Source: an uncultured bacterium (lineage in GTDB: Bacteria; Myxococcota_A; CAZTSL01). From it: a DNA stretch of 38,184 bases. Position numbers and translations under genes: made by a program. A model generated the notes under the pieces. The model saw nothing but the letters and a program-made list of their open reading frames with translations, searched no databases and was not told the origin of the DNA. The stretch is taken from NCBI GenBank assembly GCA_964616915.1, contig CAZTSL010000019.1, positions 1-38,184 of the forward strand. The letters are read 5' to 3'. Below, one piece after another: positions 24,808 to 32,786 of the stretch. Position 1 is the stretch's first letter; the number at the start of each line of letters is the position of its first letter.

Positions 24808-27800
24808 CTATCGTCTTCTCAGCCGGCGCCAGAGGCGGAACTCGAGGAGGAGGAGGAGGAGCGCCGAAGGGAGGAGCCGCCTGGGCGCCACGGGGACGAT
24901 CCCGCAGCATCCCCCCCCCCCTTCCCCGCTCGATGTCTCCCCTGGGGAAGGGGACGCGCTCTCCACTGTGGTACCGGAAATTTCCCCGCTCGTCAACCCA
25001 CCCTCCGTCGGTTCACCGGAGAGGGGCCCCTCCTCGCTCGTCCCCCCCGTCTCGTCGGTGGTCGAGGGATTCTCGATCGGGTCGCAGACATCACCGATCC
25101 CGTCCCCATCGCCATCCTCCTGCCCCGGATCGAAGGTCTCTGGGCAGTCGTCCTCGTCGTCGCCGACTCCGTCGTTGTCCCGGTCGAAGGGGGAGAGGAG
25201 CCGCAACGCGGGATCCCCGAAGAGGAGGAAGATGTCGTAGATCTGCGCAAAAATCCCGTCGGGCGGCAGGAGCGCCTTTCCCAGGGAGAGGAGGTTGCCC
25301 ATCTCCCGGACGTCCTCCTCGAAAAAACCCCGAAAGAGGTTCTCGTCGAAGACGAAGGCCGCAAAGTCCGTGGACAACCCCGAGGGGGAGAAGGCGCCGA
25401 TCACCCCACCGGAGGGCGTCGCCAGGAGGAGTTCGGCGAGCGCGTCGGAGGATGGAGAGGGAATGATGAAGTACCCGTTCAAACAGTTGAGCGTAAGAAG
25501 GAGGGGGAGACGAAGCCCGTTCTGAAGGGCCGGGACGTCGAAGCGCGTGAAGATCTGCTCGTGCGCCCAGACTTCCGTGTTCCCATGCCCCAGATAGTTG
25601 AGGAAGACCCCTCCGCCGTTCCACGCAGAGAGGATCTCGTCGTGCGTCCCTTCCCCCTGCTGGGAGAGATAGATCTTCTCTGTCTCGTGGGAGGGGGGTA
25701 CCCGCTGCGCGAGGGCGTTCGATTCGTTCTCGAAGTCCCCCGCCGCATCCGCGTTGTCGGAAACGAGGATGACCCGCCGCACGAAGGGTTGCAGGTTCCC
25801 GTTCAGCTCATAGAGGAAGATCTTGTCCGTGATCGCCTCGAGTTCCTCGGCCGTGTTGACCGGCAAGCGTCCGATCGCCATGTCGGGGACGAGATCGACA
25901 CCAGACACGGCAACGAGCACGTTGTCGGAAACGGTCTTGAGGAACTGCGTGGGCACGAGATCGGGGGGGATGTAGTTCGGAACGTTCGTGTTCTGGTAGT
26001 TCTTGAAGTCGAAGTGTCCATCCCCGACGAGGAGGACGTAGCTCGGCACCGGCGTGAGCCATTCCTCGAAGGCGTAGCGGAGGAAGGCGGCGATCGCTCG
26101 CGGGGTTTTCCGGCCAAAGGAAAAGGTGTCGTAGATCTCCTCGACGTCGATCACCTTGACGGAAAGTCCGCGTTCCCGGTGAAAGAGGGCGATTCGCTCC
26201 GCCCCCGTCCGGAAGTCCCGGGGCGTGATGATGAGGTAGTCGGCCTGGTTGCTCGGGAGGGTGAGGGTGGAGGGGATCGCCAGGCGAAGACGGGGAGGCC
26301 TTCGCATCCGTTCCCGCGAGAGGGCGAGATAGCTGCGGGACTCCTCCCCCGACGTGGCGAAGGTGAGCGTCTTCTCCCCCCCCTGCGCCGTGATTTCGCT
26401 CCCTTCGACCCGGCGGGGATGGTCCGGATCGCTGATGTCGTAGAGGAAGAGTTCGTTCCCCGTAAAACCGGAGATCGCGATCCGATGCGCTCCCCCTTCC
26501 CCCACGAAACGGAGTTCGTCCCCCTCGGCAACGAAGCGGCGGGAGAGGTCGATCTCGACATGGTTGAGGAAGAAGCGGTCCACCACCGCCTCGTTCTCCC
26601 CCGCGGCCCGGATCCGGAGGAGGTTCTCCCCCTCGACGAGCACCCCGGGATCGAGCGGGAACTCGACCGTGGCCTCGGTGAGCCCGTCGAAGCCGAAGGA
26701 GGTGAAGGAGAATCCGCCGATCTCCCCCGCGATCCGGTGATCCTCGGTCATCGAGTTCTGATCCGTGGTCTCCCCCCGCGCCGTGATCCGCAGGCGTGCA
26801 GGCGCATCTTCGTCGAAGGGGGGGAGTTCGAGACGAAAGGTCGATTCGTTCCCCCCGATCCGACTCCAGAACCAGTTGTCGTCCTTTTCCCCCAGCCCGA
26901 CATTGAAGTGCGCCTCCCGGTTCTCCTCGAAGTGGAGCGTATCGGGAAAGGTCTCGAGGCGCGGTTCGTCGTGCGGGGTGCCATCGACCGTTCCGATCCG
27001 AAGGCCGGGGGCGTCCCCCTCTACGAGACGATAGACCTCGAAGCGGAGGAAGGGGTCTTGCGGCGCTTCCCCGTAGAAGCGGATCGCGGAAGGGGTCTCC
27101 TCGATGGCGACCGGTTCCCCCCCCCGGAAGAGCTGGAGGTGGGAAGGATCGGTGATGGGGAACCCCGCTTCCTCCATGGCGGAAAGGTCGAGTTCATGGA
27201 ACCCCGTCTCCTCCACGAAGATGTCCAGAACCGTCTCTCCTTCGGTTTCGCTCGTCTCCACCCCTTGCGTCTCCACGCGTCCGAGCCAGCGCTCCGAGGG
27301 GTTGACGACCGCAGCGTCGTAGAGGGCGGCGAAGGGACGCGCCGCCTCCTGGGCGGGAATCCGTCGCTCCGTGGGGACCGGATCGGTGAAATCGAGGGAG
27401 AGACGCAGCCGTCGGTAGAAGTGGAGGCGCTCCCCTTCCGGGAGGAAGGGATTCACCCGCACCCGTGCGATCTTGAGATGCCCAAAAAAGACGATATCCC
27501 CGATTTCCCCCAGGCACTTCGGGAGCCCTCCCTTCCCATCGGGAGGGAGGGGGAAAGGAATCGCCGCCTCGAGGGGGGTGATGCGCAGGGAGACCCGGCG
27601 GCCGGGCAGGACCCCGACGTTGAGAAAGAGGCGGGGCAGGGGGGAGCGGCCTTCGTTTCCCTGGAGGATCGTCATCCCCCTGCCGGCCGGCAGATCGAGC
27701 CGTATCCCCCCATCGACATGCCGGGGGAGACCGAGATCGAGATCGATGACGACCCCCTGCTCCGAGGAGGAAACGACCCGAACCCCTTCCCCCCGCGCGT

Positions 27801-27879
27801 TCCGGCCCCCTCCGAAGAGCCAGAGGAGGATGCAGAGCATCCCGATCTTCACGCCGGATCTCGATTTCCTTCGATTCAT
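24808..27879 (-). CDS. Secreted peptidase C25 (gingipain-like cysteine peptidase) family protein with C-terminal thrombospondin type-3 Ca-binding repeats and a Cys + TM + Arg-rich sorting-signal-like tail
   Basis: ATG at 27879 (MNRRKSRSGVKIGMLCILLWLFGGG, signal peptide). C25 catalytic dyad context NYLGHGNTEVW (His) and LLLTLNCLNGYF (Cys). TSP3 repeats DRDNDGVGDDEDDCPETFDPGQEDGDGDGIGDVCDP. C-terminus GGGGCCGIVPVAPRRLLPSALLLLLLEFRLWRRLRRR. Confidence 0.7.
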   Translation of the reverse strand: MNRRKSRSGVKIGMLCILLWLFGGGRNARGEGVRVVSSSEQGVVIDLDLGLPRHVDGGIRLDLPAGRGMTILQGNEGRSPLPRLFLNVGVLPGRRVSLRITPLEAAIPFPLPPDGKGGLPKCLGEIGDIVFFGHLKIARVRVNPFLPEGERLHFYRRLRLSLDFTDPVPTERRIPAQEAARPFAALYDAAVVNPSERWLGRVETQGVETSETEGETVLDIFVEETGFHELDLSAMEEAGFPITDPSHLQLFRGGEPVAIEETPSAIRFYGEAPQDPFLRFEVYRLVEGDAPGLRIGTVDGTPHDEPRLETFPDTLHFEENREAHFNVGLGEKDDNWFWSRIGGNESTFRLELPPFDEDAPARLRITARGETTDQNSMTEDHRIAGEIGGFSFTSFGFDGLTEATVEFPLDPGVLVEGENLLRIRAAGENEAVVDRFFLNHVEIDLSRRFVAEGDELRFVGEGGAHRIAISGFTGNELFLYDISDPDHPRRVEGSEITAQGGEKTLTFATSGEESRSYLALSRERMRRPPRLRLAIPSTLTLPSNQADYLIITPRDFRTGAERIALFHRERGLSVKVIDVEEIYDTFSFGRKTPRAIAAFLRYAFEEWLTPVPSYVLLVGDGHFDFKNYQNTNVPNYIPPDLVPTQFLKTVSDNVLVAVSGVDLVPDMAIGRLPVNTAEELEAITDKIFLYELNGNLQPFVRRVILVSDNADAAGDFENESNALAQRVPPSHETEKIYLSQQGEGTHDEILSAWNGGGVFLNYLGHGNTEVWAHEQIFTRFDVPALQNGLRLPLLLTLNCLNGYFIIPSPSSDALAELLLATPSGGVIGAFSPSGLSTDFAAFVFDENLFRGFFEEDVREMGNLLSLGKALLPPDGIFAQIYDIFLLFGDPALRLLSPFDRDNDGVGDDEDDCPETFDPGQEDGDGDGIGDVCDPIENPSTTDETGGTSEEGPLSGEPTEGGLTSGEISGTTVESASPSPGETSSGEGGGGCCGIVPVAPRRLLPSALLLLLLEFRLWRRLRRR

Positions 27880-28269
27880 CTTCACCTCGTCGTCTCTCCG
27901 GTGCGCGTGCACCCTGCCGGCTCGATCTCTCCATCGTATCACAATTCCCTTCTGCCTGTCATGGGCGTTCCGGATTGATGCCAGGGCCCCGGCAAAGTCC
28001 AGATCCGGCGCCCGGGGATTGGCCGTCGCGCCGAGGGCAGGAGAACCGGCGAGACGGCGGCAGGTGGCGTAGGAGGTAAGATGCTAGGATGAAGCAAGAA
28101 TGAAGAGATTTGGGCGCACCCGTCCCTCTCCACGCCTGGTGAGGGAGAGCGGCGAGGTGGGTGAGGCGTGGCAGAGGCGTCGGGTGGTCAGGCCAGGCCG
28201 ATCAGGCGCAGCGGGCGTCCGGCAGCGCTATGCCCAGGATGCTCTCGATGCTTTGGCGGAGGCCGCGGC

Positions 28270-28470
28270 GATTGCAAGGAGGAGGCGAATCCGGAGCCCG
28301 AGGACCGGGATCCGGACGGTATCGGGGATGCGTGTGACCCTCGTGTCCGCTGTGGTGGTCGTTCGAGCCTCGTGCTTCCGGGAGATTCCCCCTTCCCCAC
28401 CGAATATCTCCTCGTTGGTCTCGTCCTTGCTTTCACCCGCTACCGGATGCGCCGCGCCCGGTCGGGTCGA
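28270..28470 (+). pseudogene. Relic of the 3' end of a paralogous secreted-protein gene (TSP3 repeat + sorting-signal-like tail), in frame upstream of the metalloprotease start
   Basis: Translation in frame +1 gives ...CKEEANPEPEDRDPDGIGDACDPRVRCGG...DSPFPTEYLLVGLVLAFTRYRMRRARSGR, which closely parallels the C25 tail DGDGIGDVCDP... + hydrophobic stretch + RR tail. There is no signal peptide or RBS for a free-standing gene, and no stop before the metalloprotease ATG. Confidence 0.35.
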
Positions 28471-28612
28471 TCTCTCCTTCTCTCCCATTTCGATTCCTTC
28501 CGTGGGGTGCGGTGCGTGGCTGCGTCCCTCGACGCGGCGAACCGCAAACCGGTGCCCTGCCCTGGCAAAGGGGACGCTTCGCGCCTTTGTCCGGTCGGGG
28601 ACCCTTTTCCCA

Positions 28613-28619
28613 AAGGAGG
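28613..28619 (+). promoter_or_regulatory. Shine-Dalgarno AAGGAGG for the metalloprotease gene
   Basis: AAGGAGG lies 7 nt upstream of the ATG at 28627. Confidence 0.55.
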
Positions 28620-28626
28620 AAAGAGG

Positions 28627-31431
28627 ATGGGAGGAAAAACCTTCGTTTCCCTCACATGGATGCTCACCACCCTGTGGTGGATCTCCGTCACCGCGGCGTA
28701 CGGGGGGGGGAGGATGGCAGGGAGTCGGATCGTCGATCCGGGCATCTTCGTCGATCCCACGGCCGATCCCCTCCATAACGGGAAAATCGTGATCGCGCAT
28801 TATGCCGATGCCGCGGGGATCTCCGACCGTGATCTCGTCTCCGAGGTCGTCCGGGTGGGGAAGGGCGCATACCACGTCCGCTTCCATCAGTACTACCGGG
28901 ACGTTCCGGTGGCCTTCGCCTACCTCGGCGTCCACTACGACCGGCAGGGGCGGGTGCAATTGATCGAGGACCGGACGATCGGAGGGCTTCATCTCTCTGT
29001 TGAGCCGGAGATCCCGGCGACCGAGGCCCTTTCGATCGCTCGAGGGGCGATCGGCATCGTGCGTGAGGCGCGAGGACGGCCGAAGATCGCTCTCCGGATC
29101 GATCCGAGGATCGGCAAGGGGCGCCTCGTCTGGGAGATCCGCTGGCCCACGCTCGAACCCCTCGGCGACTGGCACCTCTTCATCGATGCGAAGCGGGGGA
29201 GGGTGATCGATCGGTGGAACGAACTCTTCTTCGACCGGGCCTTCGTCTACGATCCGAATGCGGTGCAGGCGACGAACGATCCGACACTCTCCGACGAAGA
29301 GAATGCCGACACACCGGCGCTCACGGATGCGCGGGTGGAGATTCCGCTCTTTGGCCTTTCCGGAAACCGGCTCGTCGGCCCCTTCGTCGATCTGTGCGCG
29401 ACAGGGATCACGGGGGCATACAAGCCCGCCTGTCAGGCGGCCGATCCCGACGGCACCCCTCCCTACACCTTCGATTTCACCCGTTCCGACGACCGCTTCG
29501 AGGAGGGGATCGTCTACCATGCCATCGATGCTGTGCAACGCTACATCCAGGATACGCTCGGCTTCACCTCGATCAACAACCGATCGATCCCGGCGCATGC
29601 GCACTACTACGACAGTGACAACGCCTTCTACAGTTCGGACGACAAGGGGCTCCACTTCGGAGATGGCGGCGTCGATGACGCGGAGGACGCCGATGTGATC
29701 CTCCACGAGTATGGCCATGCGATCCTCGACGACCAGGTTCCGGGATGGGGGATCGGTTTCCGGACCGAGCAGCGTGCGATCGGTGAAGGGTTCGGGGACT
29801 TCCTCGCCGGGATGTTCAATCTCGACCGGGGAAGCTCCGCGTATCAGGAGACCCAGGATCGGTGGGCCGCGATCGCGGAGTGGGATGCGGTCTCCTACGG
29901 CACGCCGGTACGCGGCACGACGGCCCTTCGTTGGATCGACGGAACGGACGAGACGACCGGCGAGGATATCGGGGCGTATTCGGGGAAACCCAGCGAGGTC
30001 CACGACGATGGCCGCTACTGGTCCGCGATGTTGACCTGTATCTTTCGCGACCTGGGGCGGGAGGCGACCCTCGAGCTGGCCCTGGAGAGCCACTTCTACC
30101 TCCTCCCCGACATGAGTGACCAGGCCTTCGAGAATGCGGTTTCTGCGATGATCCTCGCCGACGAGACGCTCAACGGGGGGGCCAACCGGGAACGGATCGC
30201 GGAGTGTGCGATGGATCGGAACCTGATCGAATGCGTTCCACTGCCCGCTCCGAGCTTCCTCTCCCCGTCGGGAGGGGAGCATCACCAGGCCGGCGAGGAG
30301 GTGACGATCGCCTGGAGTCGGGAAGGAATTCCCGATGAGGCGACCTTTTCGATCGACTTCACCGATCGCTGCGATCCCTTCCTCTTCGACGACATGGAGG
30401 GGGAACGCTCGGGGTGGAGCGTATCGCATGGCGCCGGGCTCAACGACTGGATGCCCGTCTCCACCCGTTTCCACTCCCCTTCCCATGCCTTCTTCGCGGC
30501 CGGCAGCGACCGGGTGAGCGATCAGTATCTCGTGCTCGAGCCCTTCACCGTGCCGGCGGATGCGCACCTGCGCTTCCATCACTTCTACGACCTCGAGGAA
30601 GGATTCGACGGGGGGGTGATCGAGTTCAGCATCGACGGCGGGCCCTTCGAGGACGCGGGGCTCATGATCGAGGAGAATGGCTATCCCGGCACGATCGTGT
30701 CGGGTACGTGGAGTCCGATCGGCGGCCGTGGCGCCTTCACGGGGGAGAGCCACGGTTTCATCGAGACGGTCGTCGATCTCTCCGCCTTTGCCGGTCACCA
30801 GCTCTCCCTCCGTTTCCGGATGGCTTCGGACCGGATCCTCTCTTCGGAGGGATGGTACGTGGACGATGTCGAGGTGACGGATGGAAGCTGGCAAAACGTC
30901 GTGGCCCAGACCGCGCCAGGAACGACGAGCCTCACATGGCGCCTGCCGGAGGTGGAGAGCGATGCCGCATGCTTTCGGATCTCCATGATGGCGGGGGAAT
31001 GCGAGAGCACCCCCGGGGTACGGAGTGCCCCCTTCGTGATCCTTTCCGGTGATCCGCAGGATGCCGACGGGGATGGGGATGGCGTTCCCGATCTCCACGA
31101 CGACTGCCCGGAGGATGCGAACCCCGACCAGGCCGACGCGGACGGGGATGGCGCGGGGGACGTCTGTGACCCCTGTCCCGCCGACAACCCCGATGATCCC
31201 GACGGGGATGGGGTATGCCAGGGGAGCGACAACTGCCCGGAGGATGCGAACCCCGACCAGGCCGACGCGGACGGGGATGGTCTCGGGGATCCCTGTGATC
31301 CCGAGGTCACCTGTGCCCTCTTTCCCGGCTTTTTCCCCGATCGGTATGCGCGTTGCGCGATGATCCTCCTCCTCCTCGTTTCCCCTTTCCTTCTCGGCGT
31401 ATCGAGACGCACGCGGCCGCCTTGCCACTGA
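28627..31431 (+). CDS. Secreted zinc metallopeptidase, M36 fungalysin / M4 thermolysin-like (HExxH + GEGxGDF), with C-terminal TSP3 repeats and a Cys + TM + Arg-rich tail
   Basis: Signal peptide MGGKTFVSLTWMLTTLWWISVTAAYG. Zinc motif ILHEYGHAILD followed by AIGEGFGDFLAG (third-ligand Glu region, closest to the fungalysin GEGWGDF). Propeptide/PepSY-like N-terminal region. C-terminus DDCPEDANPDQADADGDGAGDVCDPCP...CALFPGFFPDRYARCAMILLLLVSPFLLGVSRRTRPPCH. Confidence 0.75.
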   Translation: MGGKTFVSLTWMLTTLWWISVTAAYGGGRMAGSRIVDPGIFVDPTADPLHNGKIVIAHYADAAGISDRDLVSEVVRVGKGAYHVRFHQYYRDVPVAFAYLGVHYDRQGRVQLIEDRTIGGLHLSVEPEIPATEALSIARGAIGIVREARGRPKIALRIDPRIGKGRLVWEIRWPTLEPLGDWHLFIDAKRGRVIDRWNELFFDRAFVYDPNAVQATNDPTLSDEENADTPALTDARVEIPLFGLSGNRLVGPFVDLCATGITGAYKPACQAADPDGTPPYTFDFTRSDDRFEEGIVYHAIDAVQRYIQDTLGFTSINNRSIPAHAHYYDSDNAFYSSDDKGLHFGDGGVDDAEDADVILHEYGHAILDDQVPGWGIGFRTEQRAIGEGFGDFLAGMFNLDRGSSAYQETQDRWAAIAEWDAVSYGTPVRGTTALRWIDGTDETTGEDIGAYSGKPSEVHDDGRYWSAMLTCIFRDLGREATLELALESHFYLLPDMSDQAFENAVSAMILADETLNGGANRERIAECAMDRNLIECVPLPAPSFLSPSGGEHHQAGEEVTIAWSREGIPDEATFSIDFTDRCDPFLFDDMEGERSGWSVSHGAGLNDWMPVSTRFHSPSHAFFAAGSDRVSDQYLVLEPFTVPADAHLRFHHFYDLEEGFDGGVIEFSIDGGPFEDAGLMIEENGYPGTIVSGTWSPIGGRGAFTGESHGFIETVVDLSAFAGHQLSLRFRMASDRILSSEGWYVDDVEVTDGSWQNVVAQTAPGTTSLTWRLPEVESDAACFRISMMAGECESTPGVRSAPFVILSGDPQDADGDGDGVPDLHDDCPEDANPDQADADGDGAGDVCDPCPADNPDDPDGDGVCQGSDNCPEDANPDQADADGDGLGDPCDPEVTCALFPGFFPDRYARCAMILLLLVSPFLLGVSRRTRPPCH
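31103..31280 (+). repeat. 49-bp perfect direct repeat, two copies (31103-31151 and 31232-31280), encoding duplicated TSP3 repeat units CPEDANPDQADADGDG
   Basis: Read directly: ACTGCCCGGAGGATGCGAACCCCGACCAGGCCGACGCGGACGGGGATGG occurs twice, 129 nt apart, inside the metalloprotease gene. Confidence 0.9.
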
Positions 31432-31601
31432 GGGGGCTCCCTCGAATCGGCTGACCTTCCCTCCTCCTCCTGCCGCCCTGCTCCCTCCCTTTACATCCGG
31501 TCAAGAGCGCCCTATCATCGCCGTTACGGGTCGTGATGAGCGGTTTTCCACGGGAAGCGGCGCACCTCGCCGCGGATCGCCTTCGAGACGAAAGGGGTGG
31601 T

Positions 31602-32768
31602 ATGGGCAAGTGGCGCGTTTCTCTCCTCTTCCTTCTGATCGGGCACGTCTTTCTGGTGCGGGACGCCTCTGGCGGGGCGTTCCGGCACCTCACCGCCCGG
31701 GAAGCGGGGATGGGGGGGGCCGGTGTTGCGCTGGCGGAGGGGGGGCTTGCCCCATACTGGAACCCGGCCCGCCTCGCGGAGGGTGGGGAGGTCGATCTTC
31801 ACCTCGAATTGGGAAGCAGCTATGAGAACCGCAACGACTTCCTCGCGCGCACCGATGCCGCGATCGCGGCGGTCAACCAGGCGATCGAAACGGAGGCGTT
31901 CGCGGACATCGCCGTGGCGGTCGCCGCCGTGGAGGCGCTGGGAGGGGATTTCGCCCAGATCGAACCGAATGTTTCCCTGGGCCTGCGGTGGGCGCGCTAC
32001 GCCCTCCACTTCGTCTCCTACGACACGGCTGCGGCAGGGGTGTCGGGGGTGACCTTCCTCCCCGACCTTCCCGGGGAATACAGCGCCAACGTCTCCGGTC
32101 TCCAGATCGGCGAGATCGCGCTGAGCCACGGCCGCCGGATCCGCTCCGGTGGACCTTCCGTGGGGTTGAGCCTCAAGGCGATCGGAGGGGTGGGGATCGA
32201 GGGACATGTTCCCCTTCGGACGATCGACCGGATGGAGAGCTTTCTGCGGGAGGAGGCGGCCGGCATCGCGTTCAACGGCGTCGCCTTCACCTTCGATCTG
32301 GGGCTTTCCTATCCCCTGGCCAACGACCGGGTCGCGATCGCGATCGTTGGGAAGAATCTGACCGCTCCCCGTATCGATGTGGGGGGAGGGGAGACGGAGA
32401 AGTTTCCTCCGATGGTCCGGTTCGGGGTGGGGGGGTGGATCGCCCCGTGGTGGCGGGTCGAGTTCGATCTCGACGCCACACGGAATACCCGCCGTCTCGG
32501 TTTCGACGCCGTGGAGGGGACGGTCGAGGAGGTCACGACACGGGAGGTGAGCTTCGGTTCCGAGTGGCTCCTGACCCACCGGTGGGCCAGCGCCACACTT
32601 CGTTCCGGGATTTCGAACACCCTCCGGGGGGGAGAAGGGCGGATCACCGCAGGATTGGGCCTGCGCTGCTTTTTTCTCGAGATCTCCGCCGCCGCAGGCA
32701 CGAATTTCGACTTCGATATCGAAGCAAGCGGCTTCGGTCAAATCGGTGTGATGATCCGTTTCGAGTGA
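31602..32768 (+). CDS. Putative outer-membrane beta-barrel protein (TraF_2 / FadL-like fold guess) with signal peptide
   Basis: ATG at 31602. Signal peptide MGKWRVSLLFLLIGHVFLV. Alternating amphipathic strands rich in Gly and aromatic residues. N-terminal GMGGAGVALAEGGLAPYWNPARLA motif and C-terminal ...QIGVMIRFE (aromatic near the end) are consistent with an OM barrel. Lies 170 nt downstream of the metalloprotease on the same strand. Confidence 0.45.
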   Translation: MGKWRVSLLFLLIGHVFLVRDASGGAFRHLTAREAGMGGAGVALAEGGLAPYWNPARLAEGGEVDLHLELGSSYENRNDFLARTDAAIAAVNQAIETEAFADIAVAVAAVEALGGDFAQIEPNVSLGLRWARYALHFVSYDTAAAGVSGVTFLPDLPGEYSANVSGLQIGEIALSHGRRIRSGGPSVGLSLKAIGGVGIEGHVPLRTIDRMESFLREEAAGIAFNGVAFTFDLGLSYPLANDRVAIAIVGKNLTAPRIDVGGGETEKFPPMVRFGVGGWIAPWWRVEFDLDATRNTRRLGFDAVEGTVEEVTTREVSFGSEWLLTHRWASATLRSGISNTLRGGEGRITAGLGLRCFFLEISAAAGTNFDFDIEASGFGQIGVMIRFE

Positions 32769-32786
32769 TGGGATGTTCACACCGAA

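Noticed and set aside
28100-28792. ORFs in the divergent intergenic region between the two protease genes (28100..28792 +, 28188..28436 -).
   Set aside because: No RBS and no domain-like sequence. The region is better explained as a promoter/regulatory region plus the relic segment. The only meaningful translation (the TSP3 + tail relic) is in a different frame from 28100.. and is reported separately.
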